Assembly (NCBI GenBank): GCA_965248695.1
Contig: CBDFKD010000002.1
Span: 1,728,001 to 1,792,000 of the forward strand
Direction: 5' to 3'
From: Acidobacteriota bacterium
Lineage (GTDB): Bacteria > Acidobacteriota > UBA890 > WLXD01
DNA length: 64,000 bases
How positions within the stretch are numbered: the stretch's first letter is position 1; every line of letters begins with the position of its first letter. Below, in pieces: positions 37,502 to 47,313 of this stretch. The notes under the pieces are model-generated. The model was not told the DNA's origin, made no database searches, and worked only from the letters and a program-made list of their open reading frames with translations. The translations under genes were made by a program, and so were the position numbers.

Positions 37502-37919
37502 TCCGGTAGGATATGAATTGTCCTGGAGTTCAGGACGCACACGACCCCGGCCCGTCCCGGGGAAACTGATCAAGTATCGTGCGGCCGGCCGTTCTCGCCG
37601 GCGCAGATACGGCCCGCATGGGGCAGCGGTCATCAAGCGGGGCGAAGCGGTTGACGAGCGACATGGAAGCGCCGCCAACCGGCCCGGGGCGCAGGATTTT
37701 TCTAGAGTTCGGTAACGCGACATTCCGGCGCCGCTGTTCTCGGCGGCGTCGTCAGGAAACCGCTGATGGGTGCCCAATTCACAGAAGTACAGCCGGGGAT
37801 CCGGTGGAACGACCTCGAGTTGCTCCATGCGGTCGCTCCGCGTGCGCCCATCCCGCCGCAGCGTCTGAACGACCGTTGGTCGGCTCCTTCGAGCCCGGGC
37901 GCGCGCAGGGGAGTACTCC

Positions 37920-39449
37920 ATGGCACGCAAGGAGATCATCGCCAATTGCGGGGACAACGAAACCCGCGTGGCGATACTCGAAGACGGACAACTACAGGAA
38001 GTATTCATCGAGCGGGAGAGCACCCGCGGCACCGCCGGCAATATCTATAAGGGGCGTGTGAACCGGGTTCTTCCCGGGATGCAGTCGGCTTTCGTCAACA
38101 TCGGGCTAGCGCGCGACGGCTTCCTGTACGTTTCGGACGTCCTGCCCGACATCGACGCCTACACTTCGTGGCTCGATGACGACGATGACAACGACGACGG
38201 CACCCCGAAGCCGCAGCGACGCCAGAGCCGCCGCTCGCGCGAGTCGCAGAAGATCGACAAGCTGCTGAGCCGCGGCGACGAGATCCTGGTACAGATCTCC
38301 AAGGCACCGCTTGGCACCAAAGGCGCCCGTATCACCACGAACGTCTCGTTACCGGGCCGCTATCTCGTCTATATGCCGTCGGTCGACCACGTCGGCGTAT
38401 CCCGCAAGATCGAGGATCGCGCCGAGCGCCATCGACTGAAGCGCATCACTCAAAAGGCGCGCCAGAAGGGAATGGGCGGCTTCATCGTGCGCACCGCCGG
38501 CGTGGGGCGCAGCCAGCAGGACTTCGCCGACGACATGCGGTTCCTGCACGAGCTCTGGGAGGAGCTCAAGCGCCGCAGCGAGCAAGCGGACGCGCCCGCC
38601 GTGATCCACCGCGATTTATCGGTGCTGTTGCGGCTGCTGCGCGACCTGTTCACCAAGGATTACAGCCGCGTCGTGATCGATGACGAGACCGAGTACGAGC
38701 GCGCCAAGCGTTTCTTGCAGGCGATCAACCCTGACGTGGCCGATCGCGTCCAGCATCATCGCTCCGACCGTCCGATCTTCGACCAGTTCGAGATCGAGCC
38801 GCAGATCCAAAAGGCGCTCGAGTCGAAAGTCTGGCTCAAGTCGGGCGCCTACCTGGTGATCAATCAAACCGAGGCGCTGGTAGCGATCGATATCAACACT
38901 GGCAAGTACGTCGGCAAGCGACGCCTCGAGGACACGGTGCTGCAGACCAACCTCGAGGCTGTGCGCGAGATCGTGCGGCAGGTCCGACTCCGCGACCTGG
39001 GCGGTATTATCGTCATCGACTTCATCGACATGGAGCAGACGGCCAACCGACGCAAGGTGGTCGAGGTGCTTCAGGAAGAGCTCGAGAAGGACCGCGCCAA
39101 GACCCAGCTGTTGCAGATCTCCGAGTTCGGCCTCGTCGAGCTCACTCGCCAGCGTGTCAAACAAAGCCTCGAGAACACTCTTACGCAGGAGTGCCCCTAC
39201 TGCCACTCCAGCGGCCGGGTGAAGTCCGTCGATACGATCTGTCTGGAGATCCTCCGCGAGGTCAACCGGTTGCGGAAACAGCTACGCGGCCGGGATGTGG
39301 TGGTAAGGGCCAATCCGGTGGTCGGCCGCGCGCTGCGCGGCGACAATCGCTCGGTTCTGCAAGGCATGCGCGAGATCGTGCAAGCTCCGGTGAACGTGGT
39401 CGCCGACCAGATGTTGCATCAGGAGCAGTTCGAGGTAGCGAACCTCTAG
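37920..39449 (+). CDS. rng: Ribonuclease G / RNase E catalytic-domain family
   Basis: GNIYKGRVNRVLPGMQSAFVNIG, LVQISK.P.GTKGA, IDINTG, LRDLGGIIVIDFIDM, CPYC Zn link. Confidence 0.95.
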   Translation: MARKEIIANCGDNETRVAILEDGQLQEVFIERESTRGTAGNIYKGRVNRVLPGMQSAFVNIGLARDGFLYVSDVLPDIDAYTSWLDDDDDNDDGTPKPQRRQSRRSRESQKIDKLLSRGDEILVQISKAPLGTKGARITTNVSLPGRYLVYMPSVDHVGVSRKIEDRAERHRLKRITQKARQKGMGGFIVRTAGVGRSQQDFADDMRFLHELWEELKRRSEQADAPAVIHRDLSVLLRLLRDLFTKDYSRVVIDDETEYERAKRFLQAINPDVADRVQHHRSDRPIFDQFEIEPQIQKALESKVWLKSGAYLVINQTEALVAIDINTGKYVGKRRLEDTVLQTNLEAVREIVRQVRLRDLGGIIVIDFIDMEQTANRRKVVEVLQEELEKDRAKTQLLQISEFGLVELTRQRVKQSLENTLTQECPYCHSSGRVKSVDTICLEILREVNRLRKQLRGRDVVVRANPVVGRALRGDNRSVLQGMREIVQAPVNVVADQMLHQEQFEVANL

Positions 39450-39592
39450 CAGGCCGTGGTGAAAGCGTGGTGGGTCTGGCGACAGGGTTTTGCGAGGCGC
39501 AGGCCAGGTCGGCTGCCCATTCCCAATGGATCGTCCCGACACTCGATCGATGACGGCATAGTCAAAACCGAGTGACCACCGGGACCTGCTAG
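39446..39592. mobile_element. Putative complete MITE (~139 bp) flanked by CTAG duplication
   Basis: Left CTAG|CAGGCCGTGGTG..., right ...GACCACCGGGACCTG|CTAG (imperfect inverted ends); the left CTAG contains the rng stop codon. Confidence 0.6.
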
Positions 39593-39635
39593 GATCTCGT
39601 TATTCGTTGTGCTCCACATCGTGGAGAGGCTCACG

Positions 39636-42290
39636 ATGACGCGGTCAGTTTGCACTCGCTTCGGTCCCGCCAGAGCGAGCATCGTTCTGTTGCTCGGGCT
39701 TTGCCCGCATGTCCTGTGGGCACAGCAGTCGCAAGCAATCTCCGCCGAGCCAACGCAGACGGTCGTGGCTGGCGCGCACTACGCTGCCGGCGCCTTCAAG
39801 CGACTTGTCTTCGGCAACGCCTATCGCGACATCTGGACGGTCCCGATCGAGGTTGAAGTGCTCGATCTGGCCCGAGAAGCGGGTGGACTCGAGCCCGTCA
39901 GGCGTGTCGGCGGGCTGCAAACCGCCGGCCTGGCGCTACGCGGCGCCGACGGTCGGAGCTACACATTCCGCGGCGTCGCCAAGGACCCGACGCTGATCCT
40001 GCCCGAGGAGCTTCAGGACACGCCGATCGCCGACATCGCCCAGGACCAGATCTCGGCGAGCTTTCCGGCCGGCTCGCTCGTCGCCGCGCCGTTGGCGCGT
40101 GCCGCTGGCGTGTTGCAGTCGCAACCCCGGCTCGTCGTCATGCCGGACGATCCGCGGCTGGGCGCGTTCCAAGCGGAGTTCCGCGGCCTGCTCGGTACGA
40201 TCGAGGAATTCCCGACGGCGACCGCCGATGGGGGAACGTTCGGTGCCACCGAGATCATCGGCGGGCGCGAGCTCTTCGAGCACATCACCGCCAGCTCGGC
40301 GACGGTCGTCGACGCCGAGGCGTTCTTGCGGGCTCGTCTGGTTGATCTGTTCCTCGGCGATTGGGACCGCCACGTCGAGCAGTGGCGCTGGGCGCGCGTG
40401 CCCGGAGCAACCGGACTGCAACCGATCGCAGAAGACCGCGACCAGGCGTTCTCACGATACGAAGGTGTCGCCCTGAGGATGGCGCGTGACCGTGAGGCCA
40501 AGGTCGACTCGTTCCAGAGCCGCTATCAAGGCCTCGAGGGACTCGCCTGGAACGCGCGCTCGCTGGATCGGCGACTACTCTCGGGGCTCGGATGGGCGAC
40601 GTGGGAGCGCGCCGCACACGATGTACAAGGTCGTCTCACCGACGAGGTCATCGAAGCCGCCGTACGGCACATGCCGACGGAGTACTACGAGCTACACGGC
40701 GCTGCGCTGATCGGCAAGCTGAGGGCCCGGCGCGACGCTCTGCCGGCGGAGGGGCGGCGTTTCTATCTGTTCCTTTCGCGACTCGTGAACATCTACACGA
40801 CCAACGCAGCCGACGTGATCCGGATCGAGCGGCACGGCGGCGGTTCCTTGACCATGACGGTGTCTCCCGGTGGCGGGCCGTGTGAGGCGACGACGACGAC
40901 CGGTGATGCATTTCTACAACGACGCTTCGACCCCGCCGAGACCGAGCAGCTGCGCATCTACACCGGCGCCGGGGACGACCGCGTGGTAGTAACCGGTCCA
41001 GCGAGCGACGAACTCTCGATCGTTATCGTTGGCGGGACCGGTAACGGCATCGTCTGCGGCTCTGGCGTCGAGCGGAGCGTCGGATTCGACATCTCCAGCC
41101 AGGGCCGTTCCGGTCGAGGCCAGCGGATAGTGGAGGGACTCCGCATCGCGCCAGCGGAGCCGATCGAGACAACAGGGACCCCGGAAGAGGGCCAGGGCGC
41201 GGCCGCAGACGCTCGCCGTGATTGGGGCAGCACCAGCTATCGCACCCCTTGGTTCGGCTATGGGCCCGACCTCGGAGTGTTCATCGGTTCTGGCATCGCC
41301 ATCGAGAGCTTTGGTTTTCGCAAACGCCCCTACGCGTCCCGTCATCAAATCCGTCTCGGCTTCAGCACCGGCGCGTTACGTCCGCGGCTCGACTACGACG
41401 CCGAGTTTCGCCCGGAGAATCGGAGCCACTATTGGAGCATCCGCGCCTTGATCTCCGGAATCGAGACGCTCAACTTCTACGGCTTCGGCAACGAGACGCC
41501 CGATCTGGGGGATGATGATCTGAGGCGCGTGCAGCAGGCCGCCGCCATGGTGGAGGCGCGGTTGGTGCTCCGGCTAGGCAGCAATGTCTACCTGTCCACC
41601 GGGCCCGTGGCCCGGTATACGATCACCGATCTCAGCGATGATCGGTTCATTTCCAAGCAGCGCCCCTACGGCGTCGAGAACACGGCCCAGATCGGGTGGG
41701 TGACCGGATTCAGCCTCAACAGTCGACGTTATCCGGGAACCCGCACCGTCGACGCTACCGACGACACCCTGCGCTGGGGACCGGCTCCCGTCGGGCCCGG
41801 CTACACGCTGGACGTCGACGCGACCTACTACCCGCGCGTCGGCGATCTTGTCGACGACTATGCGGTGGTGCGTGGAGCTGCGACCGCCTCCTACTGGCTG
41901 CCGAGTCAGGGACTGGGGGTCGGCTTCCGGGTCGGTGGGCAGCAGAACTTCGGCACGTTCCCCTACTACGACGCAGCGTTCATCGGCGGCAGCACGGTGC
42001 GCGGTCTGCGGGCCAACCGCTTCGCCGGCGAGTCCTCGGCGTACGGAAACGTGGAGGTGCTGGCCCGCGTCGGTAGCCTGGCCATCGTCCTGCCCGGACG
42101 CTGGGGTATCTTCGTGCGCTCGGACGCCGGTCGCGTATGGCTTCCTGGAGAGGACTCCGATACGTGGCACTGGGGATACGGCGGGGGGCTCTGGTGGGCG
42201 CCGTGGAACCTGACCAACGCCGTCCGCATCTACGGTGCCAAGAGCGACGAGCAGACCGCGCTATATCTGTTGCTGGGATTCGGCTTCTAG
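39636..42290 (+). CDS. Omp85 (BamA/TamA)-family outer-membrane protein with N-terminal kinase-like domain
   Basis: Signal peptide; GGLQT, LGDWDRH..QWRW, EDRDQAF; C-terminal amphipathic beta strands, VRGLRANRF lid motif, terminal Phe. Confidence 0.7.
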   Translation: MTRSVCTRFGPARASIVLLLGLCPHVLWAQQSQAISAEPTQTVVAGAHYAAGAFKRLVFGNAYRDIWTVPIEVEVLDLAREAGGLEPVRRVGGLQTAGLALRGADGRSYTFRGVAKDPTLILPEELQDTPIADIAQDQISASFPAGSLVAAPLARAAGVLQSQPRLVVMPDDPRLGAFQAEFRGLLGTIEEFPTATADGGTFGATEIIGGRELFEHITASSATVVDAEAFLRARLVDLFLGDWDRHVEQWRWARVPGATGLQPIAEDRDQAFSRYEGVALRMARDREAKVDSFQSRYQGLEGLAWNARSLDRRLLSGLGWATWERAAHDVQGRLTDEVIEAAVRHMPTEYYELHGAALIGKLRARRDALPAEGRRFYLFLSRLVNIYTTNAADVIRIERHGGGSLTMTVSPGGGPCEATTTTGDAFLQRRFDPAETEQLRIYTGAGDDRVVVTGPASDELSIVIVGGTGNGIVCGSGVERSVGFDISSQGRSGRGQRIVEGLRIAPAEPIETTGTPEEGQGAAADARRDWGSTSYRTPWFGYGPDLGVFIGSGIAIESFGFRKRPYASRHQIRLGFSTGALRPRLDYDAEFRPENRSHYWSIRALISGIETLNFYGFGNETPDLGDDDLRRVQQAAAMVEARLVLRLGSNVYLSTGPVARYTITDLSDDRFISKQRPYGVENTAQIGWVTGFSLNSRRYPGTRTVDATDDTLRWGPAPVGPGYTLDVDATYYPRVGDLVDDYAVVRGAATASYWLPSQGLGVGFRVGGQQNFGTFPYYDAAFIGGSTVRGLRANRFAGESSAYGNVEVLARVGSLAIVLPGRWGIFVRSDAGRVWLPGEDSDTWHWGYGGGLWWAPWNLTNAVRIYGAKSDEQTALYLLLGFGF

Positions 42291-42352
42291 CGGCGCGGTC
42301 GGTCACTGGTGAGGGTTCGGTTCCCGCCTCACGTTCGCAATCGCTGTCGACG

Positions 42353-43786
42353 CTACTCGGCGGGTTCGTTGTCGTCGGCGGCAGGCTCGTTGTCGAGCGC
42401 TTGCCGCAGCGCGGCGACGACCCGAGCCTCATCCCCTTCCAGCATCGTGCGAACGTCGAGCACGAGCCGGTCATCGAGCACGCGACCGACGACGGCCGGC
42501 GTGGTGCGACGCAGCCGTTGCACCAGTCGATCGGGGGTCAGCGAGGTGACGACCCCGATGCCCCATGAGGGCAACGTGGCGTCCGGCGCCGCTCCCCCTC
42601 CGACACGCGACTCGAGCTCGAGCTCCTCGGCGTTGACGCCCTCGATCGCTCCCACAAGTTGCGCCAATGATCCGGATCGCGCCCGCAGACCTTCGGGTTC
42701 CTGGCGTAGCATGGCCAGTGTCGGCACGGCATCGAAGCGACCCGCCAGGATCTCGATCAACGTCGCCTCGAGGGCCAGGAGGGTCACCTTGTCGAGCCGC
42801 AGGGCGCGGTACAGCGGGTTGTCGCGGGTCCGGGCTACGGCCTCGGGCCGGCCGGCAATGAGCCCCGCTTGGGGGCCTCCGAGTAGCTTGTCGCCGGAGA
42901 AGGTCACCAGATCCGCACCGGTTGCCAGCCGTTGGCCGACTGTCGGTTCGTCGACGACTCCGTGGTCGCCGAGGTCGATTAGGCTGCCGCTACCCAGGTC
43001 CTCGACCACGGCTACGCCGCTCTCGCGGCCCAACTCGACCAGCTGTTCCAGCGGCACGGTCTCCGTGAAGCCCACGACTCGGTAGTTGCTCGGATGGACC
43101 GCCAGCAAGAGGCCGGTGTCGGGCCCGATCGCCTGACGAAAGTCCTCGATCCGCGTACGGTTCGTCGTCCCCACCTCGCGCAGGCGACAGAAACCTTTTT
43201 CCATCACCTCGGGAATCCGGAACGAACCGCCAATCTCCACCAGCTGGCCTCGCGAGACCACGACCTCACGGCCCTGCGCGAACGTATTGAGCACCAGCAG
43301 CACGGCGGCGGCGTTATTGTTCACCACGGCCGTGTCAACGCCCGGCAGAAGGCGCTCGACCAAGCTGGCTACCGGGCGGTCCCGGCCGCCACGGGAGCCG
43401 CCCCGCAAGTCGTATTCGAGGTTCAAGTAGGCTGTCCCCAGATCTGCCACCCGGGCAGCAGCTGCCTTGCTCCACGGTGATCGACCAAGGTTCGTATGCA
43501 CCACAACGCCCGTGCCATTCACCACCCGCTGCAGACGCGTCCGGAGCACTTCGGCGGCGGCGTGCGCAACCCCATCGACGATCGGAACCAATTGCGCCTC
43601 GAGTTGCTCGGCGTCGAGCGTGCCGGCAGCGATCTCTTGCCGCAGGCGGCCCAGGAATGCGTCGGCGGCGCGACGGGCGAAATCCCTGCTCAGGCTTTCA
43701 GCCCCCATCCACCGTTGCACGTCGCGATCCTCCAGGATCTCGTCCATGCGCGGCAGACGACGGAACAAAGCGTCGGGGTGGCTCAT
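42353..43786 (-). CDS. selA: L-seryl-tRNA(Sec) selenium transferase
   Basis: VVNGTGVVVHTNLGRS, VVNNNAAAV, SRGQLVEIGGSFRIPEVM, EDLGSG, PLP lysine FSGDKLLGGPQAG. Confidence 0.97.
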   Translation of the reverse strand: MSHPDALFRRLPRMDEILEDRDVQRWMGAESLSRDFARRAADAFLGRLRQEIAAGTLDAEQLEAQLVPIVDGVAHAAAEVLRTRLQRVVNGTGVVVHTNLGRSPWSKAAAARVADLGTAYLNLEYDLRGGSRGGRDRPVASLVERLLPGVDTAVVNNNAAAVLLVLNTFAQGREVVVSRGQLVEIGGSFRIPEVMEKGFCRLREVGTTNRTRIEDFRQAIGPDTGLLLAVHPSNYRVVGFTETVPLEQLVELGRESGVAVVEDLGSGSLIDLGDHGVVDEPTVGQRLATGADLVTFSGDKLLGGPQAGLIAGRPEAVARTRDNPLYRALRLDKVTLLALEATLIEILAGRFDAVPTLAMLRQEPEGLRARSGSLAQLVGAIEGVNAEELELESRVGGGAAPDATLPSWGIGVVTSLTPDRLVQRLRRTTPAVVGRVLDDRLVLDVRTMLEGDEARVVAALRQALDNEPAADDNEPAE

Positions 43787-43865
43787 CGCACTCGTTGGCC
43801 AAGGGGTGGAACCGATGTCGAACCGAACTCCGCTGGCAACCTTGGGTAGCTGTTGGTCGGCACCC

Positions 43866-43896
43866 GGCCAGCCACACTTTCATCACGACCTGCTAG
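43866..43896 (-). repeat. CTAG-anchored MITE-like end, copy 4
   Basis: Minus strand CTAGCAGGTCGTGATGAAAGTGTGGCTGG. Confidence 0.65.
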
Positions 43897-43949
43897 CATC
43901 CTAGCTCGCAACGTAGGGATTGGGGGCCGCGCCACGTTCAGACCGACAT

Positions 43950-44324
43950 ATGCCGAACAATCTCGAAGACGAACTACTCAATGGTCTCGATGAGGAGACC
44001 CTACGACTGCTGTTCCCGGATCGCTTCCATGAGCGCACCCGGATCACGCTGCTGTACGCACCGCTCGAGGGTGACGAGGCTGAGCGTGCCAGCGCGCATA
44101 CGGCTCTGGCGGAATCGTTCGAGGTCACTACCGATGCCCGCGATGTAAACGACGAGCCGCGGCACCAGGTGACCTACGCGCTCGACCAGATCGAGCCGCT
44201 GTTCCAGCTGTTCACGCTGATCCGATCGAATCCCGATCGCAGCGTCGACGTCCGTATCGATGGACACCGGCTGCCGCTCGTCATGGAGCTCTGGCTGCCC
44301 CTTCTGTGGTCGCTGCGGTTCTGA
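43950..44324 (+). CDS. Hypothetical protein
   Basis: 124-aa ORF with globular composition, ends IDGHRLPLVMELWLPLLWSLRF; fills the selA-nuoA gap. Confidence 0.6.
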   Translation: MPNNLEDELLNGLDEETLRLLFPDRFHERTRITLLYAPLEGDEAERASAHTALAESFEVTTDARDVNDEPRHQVTYALDQIEPLFQLFTLIRSNPDRSVDVRIDGHRLPLVMELWLPLLWSLRF

Positions 44325-44407
44325 CTGCCGGGCCATGTACCGACCGCCCCGCCATCGAGGTCTGTCGTTACCTCGGCGCCGCGCTTTGCCGGCCGAGGCC
44401 AGCTAGT

Positions 44408-44436
44408 TTGACAGCCCCCAGGCCAGCGGATAGAAA
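44408..44436 (+). promoter_or_regulatory. Sigma70-type promoter candidate of the nuo operon
   Basis: TTGACA-17 bp-TAGAAA, about 55 nt upstream of nuoA. Confidence 0.5.
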
Positions 44437-44490
44437 TGACCTCGCCTGCCAGTCGGCGGGCACAGCGGCGGAACCCTGGGTCAAGGCTGC

Positions 44491-44847
44491 ATGGTCGTCT
44501 ACCTTCCGATAGCGATTTTTCTGGCGGTCGCGATCGTTTTCGCGGTGATTCCGCTCATCATCGGCCGGCTTGTGCGACCGACGCCGCCTGGCAGCGAAGG
44601 CAAGCTAGCGCCGTACGAGTGCGGCGTCGAGCCGATTCGCGACGCCCACAAGCGCTTCCCGATCCGCTTCTACATCGTGGCGATGCTGTTCCTCATCTTC
44701 GACGTCGAGACGGTGTTCATGTTCCCGTGGGCGGTGCAGTATCGCGCATTGGCGCTGTTCGGATTCATCGAGATGCTCATCTTCCTGACGATTCTGATCC
44801 TGGGCTATGTGTACGCCTGGAAGCGCGGAGCACTCGAATGGGTTTAG
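44491..44847 (+). CDS. nuoA: NADH-quinone oxidoreductase subunit A
   Basis: [37 protein letters not shown]. Confidence 0.96.
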   Translation: MVVYLPIAIFLAVAIVFAVIPLIIGRLVRPTPPGSEGKLAPYECGVEPIRDAHKRFPIRFYIVAMLFLIFDVETVFMFPWAVQYRALALFGFIEMLIFLTILILGYVYAWKRGALEWV

Positions 44848-45317
44848 TCGAGCACACCCTCCCGGACAACGTCCTCACGACCACGGTCGACAGCATCATC
44901 AACTGGGGGCGCAAGTCGGCGATCTGGCCGCTGACGTTCGGACTCGCGTGCTGCGCCATCGAGATGATCGTCACCACCTGCTCGCGTTTCGATATGGCGC
45001 GCTTTGGCGCCGAGGTGTTCCGCGCCACGCCGCGCCAGGCCGACCTGATGATCGTCGCCGGCACGGTGACCTTGAAGATGGCACCGGTCATCAAGCGACT
45101 CTACGATCAGATGCCGGACCCGAAATGGGTGATGTCGATGGGATCGTGCGCGACCTGTGGTGGCCCCTACCCGACGTATAGCGTGCTCCAGGGCGTCGAT
45201 CGAATCGTTCCCGTCGACGTCTACGTGCCGGGCTGTCCACCGCGACCGGAAGCGCTGCTGTACGGCCTTTTGCGATTGCAGGACAAGATCGACGAGATGA
45301 AGGTGGTGCGGAAGTAA
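44838..45317 (+). CDS. nuoB: NADH-quinone oxidoreductase subunit B
   Basis: [39 protein letters not shown]. Confidence 0.96.
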   Translation: MGLVEHTLPDNVLTTTVDSIINWGRKSAIWPLTFGLACCAIEMIVTTCSRFDMARFGAEVFRATPRQADLMIVAGTVTLKMAPVIKRLYDQMPDPKWVMSMGSCATCGGPYPTYSVLQGVDRIVPVDVYVPGCPPRPEALLYGLLRLQDKIDEMKVVRK

Positions 45318-45348
45318 GCCGCAACCAACCGACACGAGATTCCATTCG

Positions 45349-46209
45349 ATGGCAGACGAACCGCTCGACACCGAAGGCGCGACTCCGGAAGAAACGCCGG
45401 AGGTTCAGCCGGAGCCCGCGCCAGACGCCGAGCCCCAGGCCGAGCCGGAGCCAGCGCCAGACGCCGAGCCGGCGCCAGGCTCCGAGGCAACGGCCGAATC
45501 GGAGCCCAAGCCGGACGCCGAGCCAAAGGCCGAGCCGGAGCCGGAGCCAGAGCCAGAGCCGGAGCCACACCCGATCATTGCGGCGCTGACGACGCGTTTC
45601 GGCGACCGCATTGTCGACGAAGGCGCCGACCAGCTCGGGTCGCCGATCGCTCGGGCCGATGCCGGTGACCTGAGCGAGGTACTGACCTGGCTGCGCGACG
45701 ACGAAGCGATGGATTTCAACTATCTGTCGAGCGTAACCGCCGTTGACTGGACCGAGCGCGACCCACGCTTCGACGTCGTGCTTCACGTCTACTCGATACG
45801 AAAGAACCATCGTCTGACCGTCAAGACAGGGTGCGCAGACGGCGAGGGTGTCCCCAGCGCAGTCGACGTGTGGCCGGCGGCCAACTGGCTGGAGCGCGAG
45901 ACCTACGACCTCTACGGCATCGAGTTTCTCGGCCACCCGGACTTACGACGCATCTTCATGCCTGAAGATTGGGAAGGCTTCCCGCTGCGCAAGGACTACC
46001 CGCTCGAAGGACCGAATCTCGAGCTCTTGACGCGCCAGCAAGCCGCATTTCGCGGTGGTCGGTTCGACCGCATTCGCGGTGAGTACGAGATCAACGACCA
46101 GGAGCGCGAGATGGCTGGCCCGGGCATCGTAGGGGCACTCTGGACGCCAGAACCGGAACAACCCGACGATCCCGAGTCAGAACCCGACAGCGAAACGGGA
46201 TCGGACTGA
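45349..46209 (+). CDS. nuoC: NADH-quinone oxidoreductase subunit C with acidic Pro/Glu-rich N-terminal extension
   Basis: ANWLERETYDLYGIEFLGHPDLRRIFMPEDWEGFPLRKDYP. Confidence 0.93.
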   Translation: MADEPLDTEGATPEETPEVQPEPAPDAEPQAEPEPAPDAEPAPGSEATAESEPKPDAEPKAEPEPEPEPEPEPHPIIAALTTRFGDRIVDEGADQLGSPIARADAGDLSEVLTWLRDDEAMDFNYLSSVTAVDWTERDPRFDVVLHVYSIRKNHRLTVKTGCADGEGVPSAVDVWPAANWLERETYDLYGIEFLGHPDLRRIFMPEDWEGFPLRKDYPLEGPNLELLTRQQAAFRGGRFDRIRGEYEINDQEREMAGPGIVGALWTPEPEQPDDPESEPDSETGSD

Positions 46210-46212
46210 GTC

Positions 46213-47313
46213 ATGCTGCAGACGAAAGAATTCGAGCTCAACATGGGGCCCCAGCACCCGTCCACGCACGGGGTGCTGCGATTGGTCCTCTACCTCGACG
46301 GCGAGACAATCACGGATGTCGAGACCGTCATGGGATACCTGCATCGCGGTACCGAGAAGCTCTGCGAGACGCGCAGTTACTACAAGAACGTGCCGTTCAC
46401 CGACCGCACCGACTACCTGGCTGCGCCCTACAACAACCTTGGCTACGTCGAGACTGTGGAACGGCTCGGCGGCTGGGAAGTGTCGGAGCGGGCGTTGTTC
46501 GCCCGCCTCGCTATCGTCGAGCTGAGCCGTATCGCCAGTCACTTGTTCTGGCTCGCCACGCACGCACTCGATATCGGGGCCCAGACGATGTTGTTCTGGT
46601 GTACGCGCGAGCGCGAGGTGATCCTCGACTTCTTCGAGGCGGCCCTTGGAGACCGTCTCACGACGTCGGCGTTCCGCCCCGGCGGTCTACGTCGCGACCT
46701 TCCGGAAGGTTGGGCCGATGCGGTTCTCGGCTTCTGCGGCAGCTTCCCGAAGCGCATCGAGGAGTACGAGACGCTGCTCAACACCAACCGTATCTGGCTC
46801 GAGCGCACCGTCGGCGTGGGGGTAATCAGCGGCGAGGAGGCCGCCGCGCTGGGACTGTCGGGGCCGATGATCCGAGGCTCGGGAGTCGAATACGACATCC
46901 GTAGGGCGCTTCCCTACGGCGGCTACGACCAGATGGACTTCGACGTGGTCGTGTTCCCGGACGGCGACTCGTACGCGCGCTATCTCGTACGAATGGAAGA
47001 GATGCGCCAGTCGGTCCGTATCGTCCAGCAAGCGCTCGAGAAGATGCCCGAAGGTCCGATCACGGCAAAGGTGCCCAAGTTGATACGGATCAAGGATCCT
47101 TTGGAGGCGTACCACATCGTCGAGAGCCCGCGCGGCGAGCTCGGCTACTACATCATCGGTGGCAACGGCGACACGCCCTACAAGTGCAAGATCCGGGCGC
47201 CGAGCTTCTGCAATCTGCAGGCGATCGCGCCGCTGAGCAGGGGACACCTGATCGCCGACGTCGTCACCATCATCGGAAGCGTCGATATCGTGCTCGGAGA
47301 CGTCGACCGATGA
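46213..47313 (+). CDS. nuoD: NADH-quinone oxidoreductase subunit D
   Basis: NMGPQHPSTHGVLR, GYLHRGTEK, ESPRGELG, DIVLGDVDR. Confidence 0.96.
   Translation: MLQTKEFELNMGPQHPSTHGVLRLVLYLDGETITDVETVMGYLHRGTEKLCETRSYYKNVPFTDRTDYLAAPYNNLGYVETVERLGGWEVSERALFARLAIVELSRIASHLFWLATHALDIGAQTMLFWCTREREVILDFFEAALGDRLTTSAFRPGGLRRDLPEGWADAVLGFCGSFPKRIEEYETLLNTNRIWLERTVGVGVISGEEAAALGLSGPMIRGSGVEYDIRRALPYGGYDQMDFDVVVFPDGDSYARYLVRMEEMRQSVRIVQQALEKMPEGPITAKVPKLIRIKDPLEAYHIVESPRGELGYYIIGGNGDTPYKCKIRAPSFCNLQAIAPLSRGHLIADVVTIIGSVDIVLGDVDR

Noticed and set aside
45400-45570. Possible CRISPR or non-coding repeat array
   Set aside because: In-frame low-complexity EP/AP codon repeats within nuoC; no repeat-spacer structure was seen anywhere in the window.
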